Source: a virus. From it: 64,000 nucleotides of DNA. Location of the stretch: the IMG/VR virus record IMGVR_UViG_3300045988_182554, positions 1-64,000 of that record. One strand, written 5' to 3'. Positions 39,441-49,312 of this stretch are shown in pieces. Each line of letters begins with the position of its first letter. The first letter of the stretch is position 1. The notes under the pieces were generated by a model that saw only the letters and a list, made by a program, of their open reading frames with translations, was not told the origin of the DNA and did no database searches. The position numbers and the translations under genes are program-made.

Positions 39441-40494
39441 TACTTCCGGGTGGAAGGAATTCAAACTCGGATATATTATGGTTGAAAATAAGAAGCAAGG
39501 CCATGGTCTTTTCGAAATTGTCAATTCAGTTGCTTATCATGGCAAAGATGTTACCGAGACGGATTCGGATGATGGAATCAATTATATTACTCGGAGCAAG
39601 TTCAATAATGGATTAAAGGCAAGGGTCGTTTGCTTGGATAAATTCAAGGTGAATCCTGCAGGAACCATTTCTTTCGGCGCAGAAAACGCAGATTTTTTCT
39701 ACCAAACGGAGCCTTATATCACTGGCAACAAAATGTATTATATCAACACGACTGCATTATCGGAGCGTGCTTGCCGTTTCCTTAAAAGCATTTTGGAAGC
39801 GACATTTACAGCCAACTATTCTTTCTCCGACGGTATGATTCCGGCCAGAATTTATGATGAGTGCATCAAACTTCCCGCCACCCCTAACGGAGCCCCCGAT
39901 TGGGCTTATATGGAATCCTACATGGCAAACCTTGAAACCAAAGTCGCCGAGTTGCTGACCCTGCTACAGGCTGCGAAGGATGCGGAGAAGAAAAAGGTGG
40001 ATACGAGGGAGTGGGGAGAGTTCCGGGTGGGGGAATTGTTTGACGCGGAACGCGGAAAGGTGAAGAATATTCAGCCCTTAACCCCCGGAGCGACTCCAAT
40101 CATCGCAGCAGGCGCTTACAACCAAGGTATTGCTGGGATGTACGAGATTGACAGTGCCTATAAAAATCGAATTACCGTATCTTGTAATGGGGCAGGTTGT
40201 GGCAGTACGTTCTATCATCCATACGAGTTCAATGTGAATGGCGATGCTATTACACTTATTGAAAAGAAGTGTATGCCTGACAGAGCAAAGCAGTTTGTTG
40301 CATGCATCTTAAATGCCACTTTTACGCGCAAATTCAGTTATGAAGAAAAATGTTCCCCTCAAAAGGCTCTGGCTGAAGTAATGCGGTTGCCCATTGACAA
40401 GACCGGTCAGCCTGACTGGGCGTATATGGAGGAGTATATGAGGAAGGTGGAGAGAAAAACCGAAGGCATGCTCAATCAATTTGTCTCAACATAA
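39427..40494 (+). CDS. BcgI-B-like specificity (HsdS-like) subunit
   Basis: Two TRD halves each followed by repeated block ..PDWAYME(S/E)YM..; overlaps the A-subunit stop. Confidence 0.75.
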   Translation: MGKIDTSGWKEFKLGYIMVENKKQGHGLFEIVNSVAYHGKDVTETDSDDGINYITRSKFNNGLKARVVCLDKFKVNPAGTISFGAENADFFYQTEPYITGNKMYYINTTALSERACRFLKSILEATFTANYSFSDGMIPARIYDECIKLPATPNGAPDWAYMESYMANLETKVAELLTLLQAAKDAEKKKVDTREWGEFRVGELFDAERGKVKNIQPLTPGATPIIAAGAYNQGIAGMYEIDSAYKNRITVSCNGAGCGSTFYHPYEFNVNGDAITLIEKKCMPDRAKQFVACILNATFTRKFSYEEKCSPQKALAEVMRLPIDKTGQPDWAYMEEYMRKVERKTEGMLNQFVST

Positions 40495-40509
40495 AAGGAG
40501 GAACGGACG

Positions 40510-41271
40510 ATGTTTCTTGATAAAGAATTAGATGTAATTTGTCTTTTACAAGCTGAATTAAAACATTCAGAGCCCTTATTGTATAAAAGCAATTCTTTCT
40601 GCAAAAAGGTATCACGCTATATTAAAAGTATAAATTCATTCAGTGATAACAGTGGGCATGAAGCATTACCACCAGATTATTATTCTGATGAATTGAACTG
40701 TATGTTTGATGTAATGCGCGTAAATGATACAGAAATAAGGAAAACATATAATCCTGTAAAAATACGAGAACGCGAAATTGAACAAGAGCTAAAAGACAAA
40801 GGAATATTACAGCCGCACATGACACTAATTGTAAACTCAGAAAGTGATGATGTGCAAGAACACACATACAAAAACTACAAACGAAATTGCAAAAGAGTTT
40901 TAAATGAGCATATTGCTAAAATTGATATTTGGCAGAAAGAGCATCCTAGAATCCAGAATAAAGGTTTGCTTATATGTGATGAAACGGAATGCTATTTCGA
41001 TGGGCATGTTATATATACTGGAAACGAAACATTTGCCTATTTTGGAGAAAAAAATGTTATAGAATTACATAGACCGTGGATGGATTCAGAACTTGTAGAA
41101 AAAGCATACGATTCAAAACTGGACTTTATTATATGGTTTTCTCCATATAAACCACACAGCATTTTGCTTGAAAAATATGGTTTATCATATCCAAGTATCG
41201 TAGTTCTTGATACAAGATATAAAAGGACGGACTTTATAAATTATGACGAAGAAAAAATGTCTTCAATGTGA
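40510..41271 (+). CDS. hypothetical protein in AT-rich patch
   Basis: AAAGGAGG RBS; 253 aa; local GC far below neighbours. Confidence 0.55.
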   Translation: MFLDKELDVICLLQAELKHSEPLLYKSNSFCKKVSRYIKSINSFSDNSGHEALPPDYYSDELNCMFDVMRVNDTEIRKTYNPVKIREREIEQELKDKGILQPHMTLIVNSESDDVQEHTYKNYKRNCKRVLNEHIAKIDIWQKEHPRIQNKGLLICDETECYFDGHVIYTGNETFAYFGEKNVIELHRPWMDSELVEKAYDSKLDFIIWFSPYKPHSILLEKYGLSYPSIVVLDTRYKRTDFINYDEEKMSSM

Positions 41272-41331
41272 AATAAATATTAAGGGCAACCACGTTACTT
41301 ATTAGAACATAAATTTTAGAAGGTGATTTTT

Positions 41332-41727
41332 ATGGATTTAATGCATGTACTCTATTTTTTGGGATTTGCAATCCTTATCCTTATCGAAATTATTACATAT
41401 CCAAAAGTAAAAAAATGGAAACCAAAGTATAAAACAATTTCTGTAATGATAGCAGGTATAGTTTGTATTGGAGAATTGGCGTGTATCTTTATTGGAGAAA
41501 TACTAACTGTTGAAAAAGTAACACTAAAAATAATAGACTTACTTGAAAAAATACATGATTTTAGTAGCCCCACATTTTTGAATATTATCATACTTATTAT
41601 CACATCGATATTCTTGGTTTGGGGAGGAATGGATTTGGCATATAACAAACTAACAAGTAGCGTGAATAGGCTAACAAATTCAATGGATGAATTGCTTGGC
41701 AAAAACCATAACAACCACGCACACTGA
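41332..41727 (+). CDS. hypothetical membrane protein (AT-rich patch)
   Basis: Three hydrophobic helices; GAAGGTGA RBS. Confidence 0.5.
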   Translation: MDLMHVLYFLGFAILILIEIITYPKVKKWKPKYKTISVMIAGIVCIGELACIFIGEILTVEKVTLKIIDLLEKIHDFSSPTFLNIIILIITSIFLVWGGMDLAYNKLTSSVNRLTNSMDELLGKNHNNHAH

Positions 41728-41919
41728 CACCATCACAACTATTGCTCAAAAGACCATCGTGGTCTTTATCCTCGTTTGCAGAGGTAGCGAACTTGAACAA
41801 GCCCTTGTTGGAGCAGACAGCGACCCAAGAAAACTTGAAAAAGCTTTCGGTATGGACGAGAGATACCTTGTGGATAACCCGTATGTTGTACGAGTAGCTA
41901 ACATTAAAGGTGTGATTAT

Positions 41920-42447
41920 ATGAATGTTCTTAAAGAGTACAAAGGTTATCAGCTTGTTGAGCGTTATGATAAAACCTATATTCGTTTTTGGGGTGGTCGT
42001 GAGGAGGATATTCCTTGTGAATTTCCCATTTCAAAAACGGACGCAGAACGGGTTATCAACGAAGCGAGTGTGATTGACGAGCTGCTCTCAATTGCAAAGA
42101 CTCAAATAGAGTGGACAGCTAATTCTTTTTATAAGATTGGTATTACTGAATACATTCTGCATCGCATGAAGCTTTCTCAGACAAGAGCAGAAAAGTCTTA
42201 TGAAAAAATAGCTCGATACACTGATATTTGCAAAGAATTTTATCAGTACATCATGGATGATGAGGTGTTTACACCTAATCCAATTAAGGTTGAAGGGTTT
42301 ACAGCTCAGCATTTGGCTACCAACTATCCTCTTTCAGCTTTAGGTGCGTATAATTATTTGATTTATTTGCGTGAAATGCCCGAAAAAGCGTTGGCAGATT
42401 TGAAAGCAGGATTACCAACAAGAGAAAGGCATTTCCGTCACAGATAA
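41920..42447 (+). CDS. hypothetical protein
   Basis: 175 aa ORF overlapping the stop of the small upstream ORF (41687-41923). Confidence 0.5.
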   Translation: MNVLKEYKGYQLVERYDKTYIRFWGGREEDIPCEFPISKTDAERVINEASVIDELLSIAKTQIEWTANSFYKIGITEYILHRMKLSQTRAEKSYEKIARYTDICKEFYQYIMDDEVFTPNPIKVEGFTAQHLATNYPLSALGAYNYLIYLREMPEKALADLKAGLPTRERHFRHR

Positions 42448-42671
42448 CGACCTTCTTTTGCTTGATGACGACGAGGAAACAGAGGAATACGACTGGCAAA
42501 ACGAGCCTCCCGTAGAGGATTTCGGCAACTTAGATATTGACTGAGTTGTTGATAATGATAATTGCATATCAAGAAAATGAATGGTATAATGTAAATAATA
42601 CAAACCGCCATCCCGCACCAAATTCAAATACCAAAAACCCAAGCAAATCCCACAACGAAAGGAGCCATACC

Positions 42672-43136
42672 ATGTCCACTCTCAAAAACGGCGAGTTTGG
42701 CATCGACTTGGACAAGGAGAAAATTCTCTGGACCGACCGAAAACGCCACACCATCTTTTCTCTGCCGCTGTCCTTTACGAAGTATACCCTGACCGAGACC
42801 AAACTTATCATCCAACGTGGCTGCTTTAACCTGCGCGAGGATGAGATTCAGCTGTACCGCGTCCGGGACATTGCGTTCAAGCAGAACTTCTATGAGCGCC
42901 TTTGCCGTGTCGGCAGCATCCATCTCTGCTCTACGGATGCCATGACACCGGAAATTGATATCCGTCGTATCAAGAACCCGCGCGATGTCAAGGAAGTGCT
43001 TTCTAAGACCATCGAGGCTTGCCGGAAAGCGAACGGCATCCGTACTTCGGAAATCATCGGGGACCATGGTCACTTCCCCGAGCCTGCCCCGCATGGTATG
43101 CCGCCTGAACCCTGCCACGAACATCCCCATAACTAA
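42672..43136 (+). CDS. bacterial PH (bPH_2/YdbT-like) domain protein with His/Pro-rich tail
   Basis: AAAGGAG RBS; IDLDKEKILWTDRKRHTIFSLPLSFTKYTLTETKLIIQRG pattern. Confidence 0.55.
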   Translation: MSTLKNGEFGIDLDKEKILWTDRKRHTIFSLPLSFTKYTLTETKLIIQRGCFNLREDEIQLYRVRDIAFKQNFYERLCRVGSIHLCSTDAMTPEIDIRRIKNPRDVKEVLSKTIEACRKANGIRTSEIIGDHGHFPEPAPHGMPPEPCHEHPHN

Positions 43137-43140
43137 TAAT

Positions 43141-43178
43141 AGCCCGTACAGATTCGGTTCTGTGCGGGCTATTTTTTG
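43141..43178 (+). terminator. rho-independent terminator
   Basis: AGCCCGTACA-N10-TGTGCGGGCT plus T6. Confidence 0.65.
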
Positions 43179-43299
43179 TTTACAAAGAAATTTTTGGGTG
43201 GTGAGGCAGTTGACCAGCTATGCGAACGGCTTAGAATTATAAGTGCAATAAGCAAACACACATCGACACAGTCAACAACCCCGCCTAAACCGGTTCGCC

Positions 43300-43365
43300 G
43301 GTTATAATTGAGAGCCAGAAAACCTGCAGGTTTGCCTGTGGGATGAATGGCTCTCAATTATAACA
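43300..43365 (+). repeat. perfect 16-bp inverted repeat (GGTTATAATTGAGAGCC / GGCTCTCAATTATAAC) enclosing a 12-bp palindrome AACCTGCAGGTT
   Basis: Read directly; followed by GNRA hairpin CAGGGCGCAAGCCCTG at 43380-43395. Confidence 0.6.
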
Positions 43366-43495
43366 TTGGCGAAGTGGGCCACAGGGCGCAAGCCCTGACT
43401 TATAGTTTCATTACGCGTCACTTGGCGCACCGATATGTTTGCCAATTGCCCTTGCGGTGACATTTTTGCATCCGCAGCATAAAAGGAGAAATAAA

Positions 43496-43612
43496 TGAAG
43501 AAGTTTTTGAAAATCATCATTTTCGCTATCCTGGCCGGACTTGGTGCTTTCTGGTATACAGAAAACCAGAAGCGCCGGACCATGATTCCGCTCGAATTTC
43601 GAGGCGAGTGAA
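43496..43612 (+). CDS. tiny membrane peptide (38 aa)
   Basis: AAAAGGAGAAA RBS; MKKFLKIIIFAILAGLGAFWY. Confidence 0.35.
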
Positions 43613-43825
43613 ATGCAAAAAGACATCAAAATTGTGCTGGAAATCATCTGGTATCTGGTCCTGCCGGTTGTGGCTCTTGCGCTCTACATCAAATATTGGC
43701 ACTGGTATACCGCAAATCTCGGTTGGTCCTTGACTCATCCATCCTACATTGTTTTCGGATTTATTTTGAGCGCTGCACTGTGCTTTGAAATTGTATATAT
43801 CGACATTAAGTTTGGCGAAAAATAG
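43613..43825 (+). CDS. small membrane protein (70 aa, 2 TM)
   Basis: Start overlaps previous stop; hydrophobic helices. Confidence 0.45.
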   Translation: MQKDIKIVLEIIWYLVLPVVALALYIKYWHWYTANLGWSLTHPSYIVFGFILSAALCFEIVYIDIKFGEK

Positions 43826-43828
43826 CGC

Positions 43829-43856
43829 TTGCCAAAATATACGAACGCCGTACAAT
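43829..43856 (+). promoter_or_regulatory. promoter-operator copy 14, divergent spacer (TTGCCA-16-TACAAT; ATACGAACGCCG)
   Basis: Upstream of MBL lipoprotein gene. Confidence 0.45.
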
Positions 43857-43966
43857 GTAAAGTGTGAACAGATACTAAGCAATCAGTAGGATTCACAATC
43901 TGTATTTTAAGCGGACTTATCCCATAGCGGGGTAGGTCCGCTTTTTTTGTTGAAAGGAGAAAAAGT

Positions 43967-45127
43967 ATGAAACTCAAAAACAATCTATTCCGGAGCACGG
44001 CGGCAATCATCGCTACGCTCCTTGCACTCAGCTTCACCGGCTGCGGTCAGAATCCGATAATATCGGAAAGTCCATCCAGCACCGGGGTCGTCTCAGAAAG
44101 CACTGCAAGCAGTGAACAGACGGCTGGCGGTTCGGTGGACGGCAGCTTTACGATTCACTTTTTAGACGTAGGACAGGCGGATTCCGCCCTTATCACCTGC
44201 GACGGCCACTCAATGCTCATTGATGGCGGCAATGTCGATGATTCTAACGTTCTTTACTCTGTCATGCAGCGTGAAACCGATGAACACCTGGATTATGTCG
44301 TTGGAACCCACGCACACGAAGACCATATCGGCGGTTTGTCCGGTGCCTTTGAGGCCGTCACTGCGGACATGACTCTATGCCCTGTGACAGAATACGACAG
44401 CAAAGCATTTCGGGACTTTGCAAGCTACGCGGAGCAAAAAGGCGGAGGCATCACGATACCGGATGTGGGTGAAACCTACACTCTGGGGGAAGCGGAATTC
44501 ACGATAGTTGGTGTTAATTCTGTTCCCGATGACACGAACAATACTTCGATTGTTTTGCGTATTGTCTATGGAGACACCTCGTTCCTCTTTACCGGAGATG
44601 CGGAACAGGAAGCGGAAAACGTGATACTTGCATCGGGACAAGACATTCAGTCAACAGTTCTGAAAGTAGGGCACCATGGCTCAAGTACATCTACCTCAGA
44701 GGCTTTTCTGGATGCGGTAAATCCAACATATGCTGTGATTTCTTGTGGCACAGGGAACAGTTACGGTCATCCACATCAGGAAACACTCGACAAGTTGCAA
44801 AACAAAGGTGTCGAGGTTTATCGCACAGACCTGCTGGGCGATATTTACTGCACCTCGGATGGCAAAGAGGTAAGTTTCACTTCCGGTGAATATCATGATG
44901 AAAATCGGATTGAAGCCGGTAGTGCTGTAGGTTCCAAGGATGAACAGGACAAAGCTTCACTTGTCATAGACGAGACATACGTTCTGAACACGAGCACTAT
45001 GAAGTTTCACAAACCCGATTGCTCTGCAGTCGAATCGATGAGTCAAAAGAATCGAATCGACTATATGGGGCCCCGCGATGAGCTCATCCAGGAAGGGTAT
45101 TCGGCGTGTGGGATTTGCAAACCATAA
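43967..45127 (+). CDS. secreted lipoprotein with ComEC/Rec2-type metallo-beta-lactamase fold
   Basis: Lipobox LSFTGC; HAHEDHIGG (HxHxDH) motif; later GHHGS; Cys-rich C-terminus. Confidence 0.8.
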   Translation: MKLKNNLFRSTAAIIATLLALSFTGCGQNPIISESPSSTGVVSESTASSEQTAGGSVDGSFTIHFLDVGQADSALITCDGHSMLIDGGNVDDSNVLYSVMQRETDEHLDYVVGTHAHEDHIGGLSGAFEAVTADMTLCPVTEYDSKAFRDFASYAEQKGGGITIPDVGETYTLGEAEFTIVGVNSVPDDTNNTSIVLRIVYGDTSFLFTGDAEQEAENVILASGQDIQSTVLKVGHHGSSTSTSEAFLDAVNPTYAVISCGTGNSYGHPHQETLDKLQNKGVEVYRTDLLGDIYCTSDGKEVSFTSGEYHDENRIEAGSAVGSKDEQDKASLVIDETYVLNTSTMKFHKPDCSAVESMSQKNRIDYMGPRDELIQEGYSACGICKP

Positions 45128-45145
45128 AAATTGCACCTGATTTAC

Positions 45146-45173
45146 TCGACAAGCTGTGCGAACCGACTACAAT
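45146..45173 (+). promoter_or_regulatory. promoter-operator copy 15 (TCGACA-16-TACAAT; CTGTGCGAACCGAC)
   Basis: Upstream of the 45319-47527 gene group. Confidence 0.55.
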
Positions 45174-45318
45174 AAAAATTGTACGATAGATAACATTCCA
45201 TATCGAAAGGGTTTTATGCCTTTCGTACATTCACAATTCTGCAGACATAAGGCAGACTCACCGTCTTGGTGGGCCTGCCTTTTTTGTTTGCGCAACTATA
45301 AAAAAGGAGTATAACGCA

Positions 45319-46059
45319 ATGTTCAAAATTCACGATGACAAGGTCTACTTCGTCGCCGAAACCCCTAACATCAACAAAGTTATCGAAATCTTCCTACCTA
45401 AGGATGACCGTGGCACCATTATGGATTCACACGAAATCCGTGTGGACCTGTGCCGTGCCGTCATTCACATGGAGAAGAAGGGTGTCCGTGTCTTGAAGGT
45501 CCGCAACATTGAGGATACCAACAAGGCAAGCATCGACATCTGGCACATGCCGGAATATCAGGAGGCTGCAGAGTCTCCCGTAAGCAATGTGGTCAATGCC
45601 TGCATTGAGTCCTGCTTTGATTCCGGTGCAATGTTCAATCTGCCATGCAAAGCCAACCGCAAAACCCATGAAGTTTTTGCTGTCGAATGCTGCGCAAGCC
45701 CCGATGATGATGACTCGTTCAGCCATGCAGATGTCGAAATTGACGGGCAGTCCTACCCGCTCAATTTTGTCTCTGACATCATGGATGAGAACGATGTCAA
45801 CAACGCATTGGATGAGTTCTACCGAATCCAGCAGACCGGCGAATATTGGGAAGCGCACGACGGCAAATCGCTCACGGACGCTATCCATGAATGTCGGTGG
45901 GCTATCCTGAAGGATGCCATCCAAAAGCGTGGACATGAGGCTGTTGCTGATTTTGTCGGGACCGACATTTCCAGTGATACTTACGACCGTGTGATGGATG
46001 AAACCGAAGCCCAGATGCCGGACGAAGAGTTCGAGCGCTTCTGGGAAAAGTACATCTGA
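45319..46059 (+). CDS. acidic hypothetical protein
   Basis: 246 aa, D/E-rich. Confidence 0.55.
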   Translation: MFKIHDDKVYFVAETPNINKVIEIFLPKDDRGTIMDSHEIRVDLCRAVIHMEKKGVRVLKVRNIEDTNKASIDIWHMPEYQEAAESPVSNVVNACIESCFDSGAMFNLPCKANRKTHEVFAVECCASPDDDDSFSHADVEIDGQSYPLNFVSDIMDENDVNNALDEFYRIQQTGEYWEAHDGKSLTDAIHECRWAILKDAIQKRGHEAVADFVGTDISSDTYDRVMDETEAQMPDEEFERFWEKYI

Positions 46060-46098
46060 CAAAAAACATCTCATACAACAGAAAGGAAGTATACCGCT

Positions 46099-46425
46099 AT
46101 GGCTATCAACAATGTTAACGAATTTCTCCGCAAGACCTTTTCCAAAACCATCTTCGGCACCCCTGCGCTTCGGCCGATTGCAGTCTGTGCAGACGGCTTC
46201 AACCTGTCGATTCAGGCAAGCAGCATGCACTACTGCAGACCGAGTAAGGACCTGCAGGACGGCGATTACTCCAAGGTCGAGCTCGGCAATCTGTCTGAGA
46301 CGGTCGAGGAGTTTCTGCCGTATGCCGAGAACGAAGCCCGTCCGCTATTTACCGTCTATGGGTATGTCCCCGTTGAGACGGTGGATGCAGTGCTTGCCAA
46401 GCACGGCGGTATCGTCAACGCGTGA
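46099..46425 (+). CDS. hypothetical protein
   Basis: 108 aa. Confidence 0.5.
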   Translation: MAINNVNEFLRKTFSKTIFGTPALRPIAVCADGFNLSIQASSMHYCRPSKDLQDGDYSKVELGNLSETVEEFLPYAENEARPLFTVYGYVPVETVDAVLAKHGGIVNA

Positions 46426-46441
46426 GGGGAGGGAACTTACG

Positions 46442-46768
46442 ATGGAAGTATTCACTATCGTCGCCAATGAGGTCATTGGCTTATCCGCAACGGAATGCAC
46501 ACTGATGCAATTCAGCTACAATCCGGAGCAAATCCATGACCCCGAAACGGTCCTGCGCAGTGCTGTCATGGACTATCTCAAGACGGATGAAGGCAAACGA
46601 CAGCTGGAAATCAACTGTGGTTGCTGGAACTGGGGCGATGTCGATGACATTCCCGGCTCGTTCTTCTTGAACTATGGTCTGACTAAAATCGCTCCGCCGG
46701 ATGTGAATGTTGTCGTCGACCGCAACGAGAACTTCATGGACGACTACGAGGATTGCGAGGAAGAATAA
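46442..46768 (+). CDS. hypothetical protein
   Basis: GAGGGGAGGG RBS; acidic C-terminus. Confidence 0.5.
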   Translation: MEVFTIVANEVIGLSATECTLMQFSYNPEQIHDPETVLRSAVMDYLKTDEGKRQLEINCGCWNWGDVDDIPGSFFLNYGLTKIAPPDVNVVVDRNENFMDDYEDCEEE

Positions 46769-46786
46769 CAGAAAGGGCATGAAAAA

Positions 46787-47527
46787 ATGCGTATTTATAG
46801 CGCAAACAACGTATTCATAGAAGTTACGCGCCGATGCAATATGTGCTGTGCGCACTGCCTGCGCGGAGATGCCGAAAGCATCGATATTCAGGAGAAGTAC
46901 ATCGATGCTTTTCTCGACAACTTTGAGAAGGGAGCTTATATCAGCTCTCTTACCTTTACCGGTGGGGAAATCTCTCTGAATATACCGGCAATTCGATACA
47001 CCTTGAAAGCTGTCAAAGAGCGCGGTATCGCCGTTGGAAGCTTTTACATGGTCACTAACGGAAAAGCTGTCGATAAGATGGCTGACCTTGCTATGGCGAG
47101 TCTGGAGTGGTGGGCCTACTGCGATGAAAAAGATGACTATATGTGCGGTCTTTGCATCAGCAGTGATAACTTCCACGAAGCAATCCCATATGAAAGTGAA
47201 AGTATCCTTAGTGGCTTGAAATATAACCGTAACGATAAGGTAACGGACTTCCATCTGGCTTATTTACTGAACGAAGGGCGTGCTAAGAATCTCGATTCGA
47301 ATATCTATAAGAAGCGTGAACCTCATGTAGACAAGCTCGAATACGAATTCAACAAAACCGGCGATATCGACTTTTACAGCGGCGAGCTGTACTTGAACGC
47401 CATCGGTGATGTCGTTTCCGGCTGCGATTGGTCCTACAAGTCGCAGAAGAAATATCGTTTTGGTAATGTAATGAACAAAAACTGGCTGGAAAACATTTCC
47501 AACAGCGAGTTGTACATTGCAAGCTAA
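46787..47527 (+). CDS. radical SAM domain protein (QueE-like size; function unresolved)
   Basis: CNMCCAHC (CxxxCxxC) cluster near N-terminus; TFTGGE SAM-binding motif; 246 aa. Confidence 0.75.
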   Translation: MRIYSANNVFIEVTRRCNMCCAHCLRGDAESIDIQEKYIDAFLDNFEKGAYISSLTFTGGEISLNIPAIRYTLKAVKERGIAVGSFYMVTNGKAVDKMADLAMASLEWWAYCDEKDDYMCGLCISSDNFHEAIPYESESILSGLKYNRNDKVTDFHLAYLLNEGRAKNLDSNIYKKREPHVDKLEYEFNKTGDIDFYSGELYLNAIGDVVSGCDWSYKSQKKYRFGNVMNKNWLENISNSELYIAS

Positions 47528-47597
47528 ACCATATCACTTATACATTGCCACTGTTTTCCTACAGAAACGGTGGCTTTTTTAGAAAAGGAGACCACAA

Positions 47598-47855
47598 ATG
47601 ACTGAAGCAAAAGACATGTTTGAACAAATCAGCGCCATCTTAACCGATAAGAAAGATAAGCCGTTTTCTTATGAGGAGCTTGCAGCAATGCTCAAAACTG
47701 ACCCTGATGCCCTCAAAACCTTTGATGAGGTCTATAAGACACAGGTTCTTGAAAGCGGAGAGCTGCATGAAAATATGCTCCAGTGGGATACAGCTACAGT
47801 CAAAGCAATTCTCGACAAAAATGTTCTACTACAACATGTTCCGTCAAGGTCTTGA
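47598..47855 (+). CDS. hypothetical protein, possibly N-terminal part of a frameshifted gene
   Basis: 85-aa ORF ending just after an A5 run; the downstream ORF continues in another frame from the same run. Confidence 0.4.
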   Translation: MTEAKDMFEQISAILTDKKDKPFSYEELAAMLKTDPDALKTFDEVYKTQVLESGELHENMLQWDTATVKAILDKNVLLQHVPSRS

Positions 47856-48738
47856 CATCCTCGACCTTGATGACTTCACTTATCAGATGCTTGAGATGAA
47901 CCCCAACTCTATGGGCTTCTGGTTTCCTCCTCTGGTAGAGGGATTGTACGGCAGCGCATTTTTCAAGGTTCCGGACACAAAAATTCTTCGCGTACCTATC
48001 ACCATGCTGCAGCTTACCCGCCTTGGTTTCGAGACGTTGAATCCCGTTACAAAGGAAATCGTGAACCGTTATTGCCAGAAAGTCTTCCATCTTGATGGAT
48101 ACGAAGACTATTTTATCAAAACGGGCACGTATTCTTCCAAATACGAATTCCGCAACGCTCATATCCATAACCCGAAGGAAATCAATGAGATGGGCGAGTA
48201 TTTCTTGTTTTTGAATCATCTGACATGCTCGATGGCATCCCCTCTGAACAATCGCTGCTTCTACGGCGCGAACACCACGAACGAGTGGGTCGTCAGAGAA
48301 TACATCAAGGACAAAGAAAATAACCCCACCATCTACAACGGTTTGCCGCTGCACACTGAATATCGCGTGTTTGTGGATTTTGATACAAAGGAAATCCTTG
48401 GCGCAAGTCCTTATTGGCGCAGCGATGTTATGAAGAACGAATTCAAAAAAGTCAGCAGCCCACAGGAACGCCATGATTATGTTGTCTACAAGATGCATGA
48501 AGACATTCTGAACCAGCGTTACCACGAAAGCGTTCAAACTGTTCTGGCTGAACTGAAGAAGGTTATTCCTCGCATTGAGTTGACGGGGCAGTGGAGCGTC
48601 GATGTAATGCGCAACGGCAATGATTACTACATCATTGATATGGCGCTTGCTGAGAACTCTGCTCTGAATGACTGCGTGCCGAGTAACCGCCTTCGTGCTT
48701 ATCCGCAGCAGTGGCTGCCGGGTGAATCGAACAGCTGA
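47821..48738 (+). CDS. hypothetical protein, possibly C-terminal part of a frameshifted gene
   Basis: No RBS before ATG 47821; frame opens at GACAAAAATG; 305 aa. Confidence 0.5.
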   Translation: MFYYNMFRQGLDILDLDDFTYQMLEMNPNSMGFWFPPLVEGLYGSAFFKVPDTKILRVPITMLQLTRLGFETLNPVTKEIVNRYCQKVFHLDGYEDYFIKTGTYSSKYEFRNAHIHNPKEINEMGEYFLFLNHLTCSMASPLNNRCFYGANTTNEWVVREYIKDKENNPTIYNGLPLHTEYRVFVDFDTKEILGASPYWRSDVMKNEFKKVSSPQERHDYVVYKMHEDILNQRYHESVQTVLAELKKVIPRIELTGQWSVDVMRNGNDYYIIDMALAENSALNDCVPSNRLRAYPQQWLPGESNS

Positions 48739-48859
48739 TACTCCTAGAACGAAACTTTGATTCGGATTCTTTCAGCAGAAAGCGTAGGAACCAAAATCAT
48801 ACGAAATGATTGTGTTAACACATAAAAACAAGTATAATATATGCAAGGAAGTGATAATA

Positions 48860-49312
48860 ATGGTTCTGTATCATGGCAGCGATGTAATAGTCCGCAACCC
48901 TGAGGTCAGAAAAACAAGGTACGCCAAAGATTTTTCATGGGGATTCTATTGCACTAGCAACTACGAACAAGCCGCTCGCTGGTCAAAAAAAGGCAGGTCT
49001 CGTGGTATTGTCAACGTGTTTGAATATACAGAATCTCCCATGCTAAATATTAAGAAATTCCCCGAAATGAGTGATGAGTGGCTTGATTTTATTGCTATAT
49101 GTCGCTCGGGCAAACATCATGACTATGATATTGTGGAAGGACCCATGGCGGATGACACCATTTGGAACTACGTCAACGACTTTCTAAGCGGTGATATTAG
49201 CCGTGAAGCTTTTTGGGCGTTGGCAAAATTCAAGCATCCCACGCATCAAATCAGCTTTCACACGGAAGTCGCTTTGAAATGTCTCTCTTTTAAGGAGGCG
49301 ATTGAAGTATGA
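48860..49312 (+). CDS. DUF3990-family protein
   Basis: MVLYHGS...FSWGFYCTSNYEQAARWSKK matches the DUF3990 N-terminal signature from memory. Confidence 0.7.
   Translation: MVLYHGSDVIVRNPEVRKTRYAKDFSWGFYCTSNYEQAARWSKKGRSRGIVNVFEYTESPMLNIKKFPEMSDEWLDFIAICRSGKHHDYDIVEGPMADDTIWNYVNDFLSGDISREAFWALAKFKHPTHQISFHTEVALKCLSFKEAIEV

Noticed and set aside
37827-39524. 565-aa minus-strand ORF
   Set aside because: Antisense to the BcgI-A-like RM gene, which has clear nuclease and methyltransferase motifs.
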